From: an uncultured Ignavibacteriales bacterium
Lineage (GTDB): Bacteria; Zixibacteria; MSB-5A5; GN15; FEB-12
DNA: 64,000 nucleotides
Direction of reading: 5' to 3'
Assembly: GCA_964650395.1 (NCBI GenBank)
Contig: CAZYRH010000001.1
Span: 6 to 64,005 of the forward strand
This document shows positions 37,740 to 46,637 of the stretch, piece by piece. The notes below the pieces were generated by a model that searched no databases, had not been told where the DNA came from, and saw only the letters and a program-made list of their open reading frames with translations. The position numbers and the translations under genes were made by a program. Numbering within the stretch: the stretch's first letter is position 1; every line of letters begins with the position of its first letter.

Positions 37740-40700
37740 ATGAAGAACTTGTTCATTGTAGTACTTGCAGTTATCGGATTGGGGGTGCATGCTCTGACAG
37801 ACCCTGGTCCTTTTCGGAAGGGTGATGTCCGCGATACCACCACGGTGCCTGCCAAGGGTGGTAGGAGGATTTTAAGCGCCTCAGAAGGTAACCCTTACTT
37901 CTATGACAGTCGCTGGCCGGCAGTAGGAGCCACCCATAGGACGTCCAAATTTGCTGGGTCAGTACTAAGCAACGGCAGGATGGAGGGATTTCGAGACAAT
38001 ACCACTAACAAGTTGAATCCCGGTTTTGAATTTCCTGTCAATAGCGGTAGTGATTATCTCTGGGTAGCGAGCCTGTGGATTGGCGGTATAGTCGGGGAAG
38101 ATACATTAGTTTCGACGGGATACACAGCGGACTATTACAACGGTTATTTTACAGGATGGGGTGGTGAGTTCTTTCCTCCCGACGACCCGAGTGGAGGTAG
38201 GGGCATAAGCCCTTCCGACGTCGGTGAGGGGGCGACCTACCGGGCTTACTATGTTGACACGTTTACCATCGATGTGCCCGATTTACCGAATGATTATTTC
38301 GGTCGTCCTCACGTTCCCTTGAATCTCTCAGTACATCAGAAATCATACAGCCTGGATGTTAATCCTTACCGTAATATCATGCTTCTGGACTTCATTATCA
38401 CCAACATTGGTCCGGACCCAATTGAAAAAGTATGTATGGGGATCCTTGTTGACGGAGATGTTTGCAGTGAGGAAGATAACCAGTTTTCCTATTGTTGGAA
38501 TGACGATTTGGTCGGCTCCTTTCGCGACATCAGTACCGGTTACATCATAGACAATGATGGGGATCCGAAGAATGACCGATTTCAAGATCGAGTCAGTCCT
38601 ATTGATGGGCTTGCTCTACGACCGGTCATGATTTACCCTTCGGTCACCGACACCAGTTTCAACTGGTGGGTCACTACTTATTGGGACCTTGAAGATGGAG
38701 TTGACTTTGGACCCCGTTTGAGAGGAATACCTCAAGACCCATTCAGGGATTTTCTGACCGGGGGGATTGGAGCTCCCATGGGGGATGTAAACAAATACTA
38801 CATTTTGAGTCACGGTGAATGGGACTATGACCAGGTAATGACGCCAACGGTGGATTCGACCGACAGCCTGTGGCTTTATCCCGACCAGTCGAATGCAGGC
38901 GATATTGCCAAGGGGTTCGATACTCGATTTCTGTTGTCGGTCGGGCCTGTGGACCTTATGCCCGACAGCTCCATGAGAGCTGTTTTTGCTCTGTTTGGGG
39001 CCGACTTCATACATATTGACCCGAAGAATAGATTCAACCTGCTTGGGAGCAATTACCGCACTTACTATGACAACCTGCAGTTTGTCATCCTTCGGGAAAC
39101 CGCCGAATACGCCGCCAGCTTTGCCCGTTCGATGATAGACCCAATGCGGCCGCCGACTGGTCTTAATGTTGTCAAGGTCTCGGCAGATACGGCAGTCCTG
39201 AGTTGGGACCCTTGGGTCTTTCCCGAAGTGACGGGCTACAATATTTACCTCCAGCCGGTCGATGATCCCTACCTGATAGCCCCCGGCGTAGTGATGCCCG
39301 GTGTCGGTCCCGAAAATATGGGAAACAATGCCCACTATTTTACGGCGGGCAGAACAATCGGTGAAATTACAGGTTTGCAACCTGGCCGCCTCTACTTTGC
39401 GGCAATTGCTCAGGTAACAGAATCCGGTGAAGGCAAACTTTCAAAACCGGTAGTTGTGGGATACGACAATGTGGCTTTGCAGGTCAAACCGGTGCAAACG
39501 TATGGAGAATATGTGTTTTTCATGGAAGGTGATTCTTCCGTGACACTCTCCTGGGCGCCTTCTGAAACCTCAGATGTTCGATACTATAGAATTTACAAGA
39601 CTCTCGATACAGCAATAGCCAATAACCGTTACTATCCATTTGTAATTGGCGATTCCTCGCTGGTTCCCTATGCTCCGAAAGTGTGTCGCGAAGCTGGAGG
39701 TGCAACCTACTGTTACTATGAGATGAAACCGTATGATTCTACCGTTTCCGATGTTGCCGCCTACACCGACCGTTATCCGGTCGACGACGCGATATACTGG
39801 GTTTGTGCAATTGGACACCCAGGGGGGTACCAGTCACCTTATTCCGACCTTATAACAACGGAGGAGATTGTTAGCCCCACTAAAGAGATTGTTGTGGTAC
39901 TTGGTGCTAATTGGACGGAATATGATTATGTGTACTCCGATTCATTGGTTAGCTATTACAGTCGTCTGTTAAGCGGTTATGATTTTGACATCTATAACTG
40001 GCTGGACACAAATCTGCTCCTGGCTACTTGCCCGTCACGCTACTGCACCGACTGGCGAGACATCGCCAGGTATGAACTGGTTATTGTCGAAGAATTTCCC
40101 GCGCCGAAGATACTGTGCCGAAAGACCGAACCAGCTCACAAGCTGCTGACTAGGATTCTGGACTCCGGTCGCGATCTGGTCTATTTCGGCACCCCGCCCG
40201 GTCAAGAGTTGCTCGACCTCTCGTCGGACGTAGATACAATAATCTATGAATCAAATTCCTTTGAAGCCCGATACTTTGATATGGACTCAGCATTTTTGAA
40301 AAGCTGGGATCGCAACTATCGCACCTTCAACGCCGTTGACAGTTTGGCGGGCTTTAACGGCGCTGTACCGACCAAAGACGAACTACCGCAGCTCTTCCTG
40401 GATTCCACGAATAACCGCCTCAAGCACGAGATACAGGAGCTGTTCACTGTGGAAAACGATTTGCCGCACACCCCTGCTTTTTGCCCCAATCAGGACGCTG
40501 AGGTATTATACCTGTATAATTCCCGTTATCCAAACACTTCGGAGCTACAGGGGATGCCATGCGGCCTGCTGAGCCGAAGTGAATCATCGAAGGCTTATGT
40601 ATTCTCATTTCATCTATGGGCCATGGAAGAGACGGCCGCCCGTCAACTGATAGACTATATCATGGAACACCGAACGGATGATTCCAGTAGCAACTCACCG

Positions 40701-40991
40701 CTTCTTCCAACCAGCGTGCGCTTATATCAAAACTTTCCGAATCCCTTTAACTCAGTCACTAAAATTTCGTTTGACCTGCCGCCTAACCTATCGCGAGTCA
40801 CACTTGAGGTTTACAACATTCTCGGTCAGCGAGTACGGACGTTACTAGATGAAACAAAGCCAGCCGGTTCATACACGATTGCCTGGAACAGCCGGAACGA
40901 CCATGGTGAAACTGTGGCTTCAGGTATCTATTTCTACCTATTGAATGCCGGAGACATGACCATAGCAAAGAAAATGGTGTTGTTGAAATAA
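37740..40991 (+). CDS. Large secreted protein with an FN3-like domain and a T9SS C-terminal sorting domain
   Basis: The ATG at 37740 opens a signal peptide (MKNLFIVVLAVIGLGVHA). The FN3-like segment is PPTGLNVVKVSADTAVLSWDPW...GYNIY. The CTD is NFPNPFNS...GIYFYLLNA...KMVLLK. Confidence 0.8.
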   Translation: MKNLFIVVLAVIGLGVHALTDPGPFRKGDVRDTTTVPAKGGRRILSASEGNPYFYDSRWPAVGATHRTSKFAGSVLSNGRMEGFRDNTTNKLNPGFEFPVNSGSDYLWVASLWIGGIVGEDTLVSTGYTADYYNGYFTGWGGEFFPPDDPSGGRGISPSDVGEGATYRAYYVDTFTIDVPDLPNDYFGRPHVPLNLSVHQKSYSLDVNPYRNIMLLDFIITNIGPDPIEKVCMGILVDGDVCSEEDNQFSYCWNDDLVGSFRDISTGYIIDNDGDPKNDRFQDRVSPIDGLALRPVMIYPSVTDTSFNWWVTTYWDLEDGVDFGPRLRGIPQDPFRDFLTGGIGAPMGDVNKYYILSHGEWDYDQVMTPTVDSTDSLWLYPDQSNAGDIAKGFDTRFLLSVGPVDLMPDSSMRAVFALFGADFIHIDPKNRFNLLGSNYRTYYDNLQFVILRETAEYAASFARSMIDPMRPPTGLNVVKVSADTAVLSWDPWVFPEVTGYNIYLQPVDDPYLIAPGVVMPGVGPENMGNNAHYFTAGRTIGEITGLQPGRLYFAAIAQVTESGEGKLSKPVVVGYDNVALQVKPVQTYGEYVFFMEGDSSVTLSWAPSETSDVRYYRIYKTLDTAIANNRYYPFVIGDSSLVPYAPKVCREAGGATYCYYEMKPYDSTVSDVAAYTDRYPVDDAIYWVCAIGHPGGYQSPYSDLITTEEIVSPTKEIVVVLGANWTEYDYVYSDSLVSYYSRLLSGYDFDIYNWLDTNLLLATCPSRYCTDWRDIARYELVIVEEFPAPKILCRKTEPAHKLLTRILDSGRDLVYFGTPPGQELLDLSSDVDTIIYESNSFEARYFDMDSAFLKSWDRNYRTFNAVDSLAGFNGAVPTKDELPQLFLDSTNNRLKHEIQELFTVENDLPHTPAFCPNQDAEVLYLYNSRYPNTSELQGMPCGLLSRSESSKAYVFSFHLWAMEETAARQLIDYIMEHRTDDSSSNSPLLPTSVRLYQNFPNPFNSVTKISFDLPPNLSRVTLEVYNILGQRVRTLLDETKPAGSYTIAWNSRNDHGETVASGIYFYLLNAGDMTIAKKMVLLK

Positions 40992-41040
40992 GAGAAAGCC
41001 CCTGTTTTTTACAACCGATACTACTCTTCCGACTTGGCCA

Positions 41041-41068
41041 AAAAAAAACGCCCACCATAGGCGGGCGT
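41041..41068 (-). terminator. Rho-independent terminator of pilin gene 41095-41517
   Basis: On the minus strand it reads ACGCCCGCC-tat-GGTGGGCGT followed by T8. It lies 27 nt after the stop. Confidence 0.7.
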
Positions 41069-41094
41069 ATCAGACTCGACCTGATATGCTTATG

Positions 41095-41517
41095 TTAGGT
41101 CGTTACATCGTTAATCGTATTTGTTAAAGTGCCATCCTGGTCTATTGTCCAGGTGTCAATCGTGGCGTCATCGTCAAGGTCGGCGGTGGCGGTGAAGGTG
41201 AAGGTATTCACAGCTTGCACAAGAGCGTAACTGTATCTGGCACTGGCCATGATCTCAACGCCGAGAACTGGGAAAGAACCACCGGCCGCTTGAGGTGTGG
41301 CATCACCGGTTACGTAGGTATTGTTCTCCTGACGATAAGCCCGTTCCATCGTATAGATCTGCTTCAAGATCTCCTTGGCTTCTGACTGCTTCGACTTGGT
41401 CGTGGCCTGCATGAAACGCGGGATAGCCAGAGCAGCAAGGATGCCGATGATCACGACCACGATCATCAACTCGATAAGAGTGAAGCCCTTCTGGCGATTT
41501 TGGAATTTGGTGAACAT
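41095..41517 (-). CDS. Type IV pilin-like protein (prepilin N-terminal methylation domain)
   Basis: The leader MFTKFQNRQKG is followed by FTLIELMIVVVIIGILAALAIPRF. A strong SD (GGAGG) lies upstream. Confidence 0.85.
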   Translation of the reverse strand: MFTKFQNRQKGFTLIELMIVVVIIGILAALAIPRFMQATTKSKQSEAKEILKQIYTMERAYRQENNTYVTGDATPQAAGGSFPVLGVEIMASARYSYALVQAVNTFTFTATADLDDDATIDTWTIDQDGTLTNTINDVTT

Positions 41518-41588
41518 TGAGACCTCCTACGGTTTTTGATTAAAGGTTTCTGGCCTTATTTGATCCTTTTTCTCTAAGCAAATCATCG

Positions 41589-41603
41589 GCAAAGACCGTA
41601 CCA
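41589..41603 (-). promoter_or_regulatory. Candidate sigma-54 (-24/-12) promoter for pilin 41095-41517
   Basis: The minus strand reads TGGTACGGTCTTTGC, against the consensus TGGCACG-N4-TTGC. The GG-N10-GC spacing is exact. It lies about 70 nt upstream of the ATG, and a sigma-54 activator is encoded nearby. Confidence 0.55.
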
Positions 41604-41766
41604 CCGTTGATGATTATTTTTGAACAGCTGCCAGTGGCCATAACCCATTGCCACGATGGAAATTCCCGTTTTGCGCGCGTGGCCTATGGTGCTGTTCCTT
41701 CAATTCTAAGAGGATTGTTCGGATTCTTATCAGAGCAAAACGCCAAAGTCTTTGCGTTCTGCAAGG

Positions 41767-41829
41767 GGTCAAGCCCCAAGTGAGCTTGACCTACAATTTC
41801 AGTCATGGTGAGCGGAGTTGAACCATGAC
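41767..41829. repeat. Two adjacent hairpins in the inter-pilin spacer
   Basis: GGTCAAGC-N9-GCTTGACC at 41767-41791 and GTCATGGT-N12-ACCATGAC at 41802-41829. Both have perfect 8-bp stems. Confidence 0.65.
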
Positions 41830-41897
41830 AATTACCTATTTGTCGACCTAAGAAAAAGCCCGTCTATGGCAGGTTAAAGGAGTCATGTCTGTGTCTG

Positions 41898-42326
41898 TTA
41901 TGTGGAAGCGTCATTTATGGTATTGACTAATGCACCGGTATGATCGATTGTCCAGGTGTCGATGGCCACGTCATCGTCGATATTGGCTGTAGCCGTTGCT
42001 GTGAAGGCATTTGCCCCTCCGACAATTGTGTAGGTATACTTGGCGTCTGTCATAATCTCAATCCAGATGGCGTTCAGAGCGTTGGGGCTGGCGGCAGAGG
42101 CCGGACCAGCGGGAATAAAATAATTATTAGTACCCGATTGCTGACGATAGGTACGTTCGTTGACATAGATCTGCTTGAGGATCAGCTTGGCCTCTGACTG
42201 CTTGGTCTTGGTAGCACTGCGCATAAAGCGCGGTATTGCCAAAGCAGCCAGAATACCAATAATGACAACTACTATCATTATTTCAATCAGAGTAAAACCC
42301 TTTGATCCTGCCTTTTGTGATCTCAT
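41898..42326 (-). CDS. Type IV pilin-like protein (paralogue)
   Basis: The leader MRSQKAGSKG is followed by FTLIEIMIVVVIIGILAALAIPRF. Its C-terminus (DDDVAIDTWTIDHTGALVNTINDAST) parallels that of the other pilin. Confidence 0.85.
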   Translation of the reverse strand: MRSQKAGSKGFTLIEIMIVVVIIGILAALAIPRFMRSATKTKQSEAKLILKQIYVNERTYRQQSGTNNYFIPAGPASAASPNALNAIWIEIMTDAKYTYTIVGGANAFTATATANIDDDVAIDTWTIDHTGALVNTINDAST

Positions 42327-42368
42327 CCTGATCCCGCTTTGCTTTTCGATCTGTTTGTTCTGATTACG

Positions 42369-42383
42369 GCAATTCTCATTCCA
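42369..42383 (-). promoter_or_regulatory. Candidate sigma-54 (-24/-12) promoter for pilin 41898-42326 (weaker match)
   Basis: The minus strand reads TGGAATGAGAATTGC. The GG-N10-GC spacing is correct, and it lies about 43 nt upstream of the ATG. Confidence 0.35.
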
Positions 42384-42402
42384 GAAATCTGTTTAAAAAT
42401 TG

Positions 42403-43806
42403 CTATTTCTTTTTGACCTTGGTTTTAGCCTGGTCGGATTTGTTGAGTAGAAACTCCTCCATGTTGTAGCGCTGAATCTTGCGGTACAGCGTTGAAGTAT
42501 CTATTCCTAAGAGCCTTGCAGCTTCAGCCTTTTTCCCGTCTGTTTGGCTCATTACGTAATGGATGTACGCTTTTTCCATTGACTCCAAGGTTGGGTTAGG
42601 AGGTTCAGCCTCGTTGACCACAGCCACCCGCTGGGGCTGGCGCAGTTTTTCTGGGAAGTCAGGGGCCTCCAGGGTATCGGCTCGATTGAGTAACACGGCG
42701 CGCTCTATAGTGTTTTCCAATTCACGGACGTTTCCGGGCCAGTGATATTTCACCAGCAAGCTCATGGCTGTATCGGAAATATGTTTAGTCGGGATGTTCA
42801 TCTTAGAACAATACTTGGTGATAAAATGCTTGCACAAAAGTTCGATGTCTTCTTGGCGTTCCCGCAGGGGTGGAATATGTATTGGGATTACGTTGAGACG
42901 GTAGAAAAGATCGGCCCGAAACCGTCCCATTTTTACCTCTTCTTCGATATCGGAGTTGGTAGCGGCGATCAGGCGTACGTCGACTTCAATCGGTGTTGTT
43001 TCACCTACAGGCGTTATTATCTTGTCCTCCAACACCCGCAGGAGCTTGACCTGAATAGCGGTTGAAGTGTTGCCGATCTCGTCAAGGAAAAACGTCCCAC
43101 CATCGGCCACTTTGAAAAGTCCGTCCTTGTCTCTTATCGCACCTGTAAATGCCCCTCTCTTATGCCCGAACAACTCCGATTCTAACAGGGTCTCAGGGAG
43201 AGCAGCGCAGTTAATAGTTACGAAAGGGCCGGCGCGACGGGGTGAATGGTGGTGAATGGCTTTAGCTATCAGGTCTTTACCAGTACCTGACTCGCCTAGT
43301 ATCAGAACGGTTGAACCTGAAGAGGCGATGCGCATGGCCAGTTTCTTAAGTTTTGTCACTGCTTCCGAGGTTCCAATGAAATTGTCAAAGGTATTGTCCC
43401 CCCGAAGCTGCTTTTTTAACGTGTCGTTTTCGATGATCAGCCGCTTATGACTGATGCTTTTTTCTATGACCAGCTTGATTTCATCCACCTTGAACGGCTT
43501 GGTGATATAGTCGACTGCGCCCCGTTTCATCGCCTCAATAGCGGTGTTCACTGAAGCATAGGCGGTCATGACAATGAGGTCCTGTTCCTGTTTGAAGGAC
43601 CGAATCTCTTTGAGGACGTCAATGCCCGACATCTGGGGCATGTTCAAATCAGCTATGACCAGATCATAATTTTTCTCTTTCAGCAGATCTACTCCGTCTT
43701 TTCCGGAAGTGACCGTGTCGACCTGGTAGCCTTCCTTGGCCAGCATAATTTCCATGAAATTGCACATAGAGTCTTCGTCGTCTATGACAAGGATTTTGGC
43801 CGCCAT
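42403..43806 (-). CDS. Sigma-54-dependent two-component response regulator (NtrC/PilR family)
   Basis: REC domain (ILVIDDE...DLVIADLNMP), AAA+ domain with GESGTGKD and the GAFTGA loop (ESELFGHKRGAFTGA), and a C-terminal Fis-type HTH (AARLLGIDTSTLYRKI). Confidence 0.9.
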   Translation of the reverse strand: MAAKILVIDDEDSMCNFMEIMLAKEGYQVDTVTSGKDGVDLLKEKNYDLVIADLNMPQMSGIDVLKEIRSFKQEQDLIVMTAYASVNTAIEAMKRGAVDYITKPFKVDEIKLVIEKSISHKRLIIENDTLKKQLRGDNTFDNFIGTSEAVTKLKKLAMRIASSGSTVLILGESGTGKDLIAKAIHHHSPRRAGPFVTINCAALPETLLESELFGHKRGAFTGAIRDKDGLFKVADGGTFFLDEIGNTSTAIQVKLLRVLEDKIITPVGETTPIEVDVRLIAATNSDIEEEVKMGRFRADLFYRLNVIPIHIPPLRERQEDIELLCKHFITKYCSKMNIPTKHISDTAMSLLVKYHWPGNVRELENTIERAVLLNRADTLEAPDFPEKLRQPQRVAVVNEAEPPNPTLESMEKAYIHYVMSQTDGKKAEAARLLGIDTSTLYRKIQRYNMEEFLLNKSDQAKTKVKKK

Positions 43807-44046
43807 GGAAGTCCTCGTTGCTTGTACCTATGTCTTTAGCACGTATCAATATCATTTTCGGCAGACGAGTATGTGACTCCACAGGGAAGCTGGACATTGC
43901 TCATTGATTGAACAGCTCGTTGACTGTTGGCCAGCCATCTGTATATTTAGTGACTTTGATGGTTATTACCTTGCCACGTGCCGATATTTGTATGGTTTAG
44001 ATTCATAAGTACCGATGGAAAACCTTCAAGTAATCAGGGACAGGCT

Positions 44047-44514
44047 ATGATAAGCGGCAAGCGTAAGCAACTGATTGACAACGTCAGGATAGCCATTGCC
44101 GATGAGCGCACTGAAATCGACATTTTGAGAACCGCCGCTCAGTTGATAGATAGTTTCTCAAATGGGTATAACTGGACCGGTTTTTATATAATGCATGGAG
44201 ACGTCCTCGTGGTTGGGCCATATATAGGTCCTCAAACACCCCACACCAGAATTGAATCTAACCAGGGCATTTGCGGCTTGGCGGCCTCGGGAAAGCGGTC
44301 GATTATTGTCGATGACGTCAATGCCGATCCCCGTTATCTTGCTTGTTCCACCATCACCCGGTCGGAAATTGTCGTGCCGCTTATGGACGGTGACACCTGT
44401 TTAGGTGAAATTGATATCGATTCCAACCAACCATCATTTTTCACTGCCAAAGACAAAGAGATGCTGGAATCGATAGCTGCGGTGATTGTAGACCGACTTA
44501 AGGAAATCAGTTAG
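44047..44514 (+). CDS. GAF domain protein (free methionine-R-sulfoxide reductase-like)
   Basis: YNWTGFYI...VVGPYIGP...I....GICG.AA......VDDV...P.YLAC......EIVVPL...G...GEIDIDS matches the YebR/MsrC-type GAF pattern. I chose the ATG at 44047. Confidence 0.75.
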   Translation: MISGKRKQLIDNVRIAIADERTEIDILRTAAQLIDSFSNGYNWTGFYIMHGDVLVVGPYIGPQTPHTRIESNQGICGLAASGKRSIIVDDVNADPRYLACSTITRSEIVVPLMDGDTCLGEIDIDSNQPSFFTAKDKEMLESIAAVIVDRLKEIS

Positions 44515-44792
44515 TTTCGTTACGAATTCAGCGTGATTGCACACTGTGGCCGGGAACTGGGACAAACTTAGGTTACTTGTCCTGCTCGGAAATCTTGATT
44601 GACAGCTTCCGTGAGCTGTACTCTTCTTTCCCAAGAAGTCAGGAGACAAGGTCGCATCAGTTACTGCAAGTACTGTGATTGCATTGCCAGTTTACGGGAG
44701 TAGTAACCTTTACTCTCTGGAAGTAAACCAAATCCTGAGACTGCCGATACTTAAGTTTGAAGTAACAACAAACTCACAAAAAGGAGGGATAA

Positions 44793-45280
44793 ATGAATCA
44801 ACCATTCAATACGAGGCACGGTTTCACGCTGGTAGAGATTATAATTGTGATCGTGATTATTGGTATCCTTGCCACGGTTGCAATTCCAAAATTCCTTGAG
44901 CTAAGAGCCGAGGCCGAAAGAGCAGCCGTAGATACCATGGTCAGTTCCCTTGAATCAGCCTTGTCAATCTATGCATCACGGCAATTCGTAAACGGTAATT
45001 CTATTGTATACATAACCCATTTGATGACCTGAGCAATATTCCGAATAACTACAAGGGCGTCAAAGACCCGGTCACTTCTTCCAACACCCCCGATCGAAAC
45101 TGGTCTTACAGGCCTAGCGGTAACTGGATCATGTACAATCCAAAGGCACCTATTTCCGGCGGATGGTTGAACCAGGGAGAACGATTTATCATCTACAAGG
45201 TTGAAGCTGTGGCTGAGGGGGCCGACACCGTTGGCCTGCGGCTGAACACTACCAGCCAGTATGCCTACACGTGGGACTGA
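44793..45280 (+). pseudogene. Prepilin-type (pseudo)pilin gene interrupted by a frameshift
   Basis: The SD AAAGGAGGG precedes an ATG encoding MNQPFNTRHGFTLVEIIIVIVIIGILATVAIPKF... The frame stops at 45030-45032. A 93-codon open frame with no start codon (44999-45280) continues as ...NPFDDLSNIPNNYKG...YAYTWD. The switch must fall between 44999 and 45030. Confidence 0.6.
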
Positions 45281-45389
45281 GGCACAAAGTTGCAGCTCAC
45301 TGTAGCATCTTCCTTCGCAATACAATATTAACGGGACCGTCCGCTGGTGAGGCAGGCCGGTTAGGGCTTGTTGAAAAAGTCCCGTTCTT

Positions 45390-45469
45390 GTCATTGCGAG
45401 CGACAGCGAAGCAATCTCAACTATTGAATGACAACAAGATAGGCATGTCGCTTCGCTCCTCGCTATGAC
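45390..45469. repeat. Inverted-repeat element GTCATTGCGAGCGAC...CTCCTCGCTATGAC (copy 2)
   Basis: Its termini are the same as in copy 1 at 3844-3948. It lies in a convergent intergenic region before the ispG stop. Confidence 0.75.
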
Positions 45470-45505
45470 GCTTTCTATGTTTTTCAACACACCCGTTAGT
45501 GCAGG

Positions 45506-46594
45506 TCACCGTGGGATCTTCTCGCCCGTCATAGCTTCGATTTCATCAAGGAGGGATTTTTCCAGATCGGCTTCGGCCATGCGTTTGACGATCTGACCCT
45601 TCTTAATAAGAATCCCCTTGCCATCGCCGCCGGCAATGCCGACATCGGCCGCCGCCGCCTCGCCGGGGCCATTGACGACGCAGCCCATCACTGCTACTTT
45701 GAGCGGTGTCCTGATATGCTTGGTCTTTTCGGAAATGGACTCAGCTAGGGGAATAAGATCAATCTGGCAGCGTCCACAGGTGGGACAGGCTATTATATCA
45801 ACACCTTCGGTTTTGAGTTCGCATGAGGCCAGTATCTGTCTGGCTACTCTCACCTCATGAATGGGGTCGGCCGTCAGAGAAACACGTATAGTGTCGCCGA
45901 TTCCAGTCAGCAGGATAGCGCCGATGCCGACGGCAGATTTGATTGTGCCGGTTTCAAGAATACCCGCCTCGGTAATGCCGACGTGCAGTGGGTAATCGCA
46001 CTTTTCCGCCAGCAGGTGATAGGCCCCAAAGGCAGTTACCGTGTTGGTTGACTTAACGGAGATAACAATATCACTGAAGTTCATATCTTCTAGAATCTCC
46101 GCTTCGTGCAGGGCAGCTTGCACAAACGCCTGAGGGTCGTCGTGGCCGTATTTCTCAAGTAAGTCTTTGGGAAGGGAACCGGAATTGACGCCAATGCGAA
46201 TAGGTACCTCGGCATCCTTAGCGGCTTTAGCAACTTCGCGGACCTTCCACTTGGCGCCGATGTTGCCCGGGTTGATACGGATTTTGTCAAAACCGGTTTC
46301 AATGGCTTGTAAAGCAAGACGGTACTGGAAGTGAATATCAGCCACCAGTGGCTTGGAAACCTGCGCTCGAATATCGGCCAGCCGGTCAGCAGCGTCATGA
46401 TTGAGCACAGAAATGCGGACAATGTCACAGCCGGCGTCAAAGAGCTGCTTTGTCTGTGCAATGGTTGCTTCGACATCGCGCGTGTCGGTGGTGGTCATGG
46501 ATTGAATCGTAATCGGAAAACCGCCGCCGATCAGCACGTCGCCTACTTTTACAACCCGGCTTTTGCGCCGTTTTATGGGATAGGAAAACTCCAT
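45506..46594 (-). CDS. ispG: 4-hydroxy-3-methylbut-2-en-1-yl diphosphate synthase
   Basis: PITIQSMT, RINPGNIG and the cluster ligands CPTCGRC. Confidence 0.95.
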   Translation of the reverse strand: MEFSYPIKRRKSRVVKVGDVLIGGGFPITIQSMTTTDTRDVEATIAQTKQLFDAGCDIVRISVLNHDAADRLADIRAQVSKPLVADIHFQYRLALQAIETGFDKIRINPGNIGAKWKVREVAKAAKDAEVPIRIGVNSGSLPKDLLEKYGHDDPQAFVQAALHEAEILEDMNFSDIVISVKSTNTVTAFGAYHLLAEKCDYPLHVGITEAGILETGTIKSAVGIGAILLTGIGDTIRVSLTADPIHEVRVARQILASCELKTEGVDIIACPTCGRCQIDLIPLAESISEKTKHIRTPLKVAVMGCVVNGPGEAAAADVGIAGGDGKGILIKKGQIVKRMAEADLEKSLLDEIEAMTGEKIPR

Positions 46595-46637
46595 TTGCTA
46601 AATCTTGATCTATTCCAAAATTTATATATAATTTACA

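Noticed and set aside
38616-39380. 254-aa antisense ORF inside the 1084-aa T9SS cargo gene. Similar long antisense ORFs occur inside the giant gene (e.g. 35836-36414) and inside smc/ftsY (30280-30912).
   Set aside because: These are shadow ORFs opposite long genes whose sense-strand products carry clear domains. No independent evidence supports them.
44969-45490. 173-aa minus-strand ORF
   Set aside because: It is antisense to the frameshifted pilin gene and reads through the inverted-repeat element (VIARSEATCLS..., IASLSLAMT). It has no SD and no recognisable motif.
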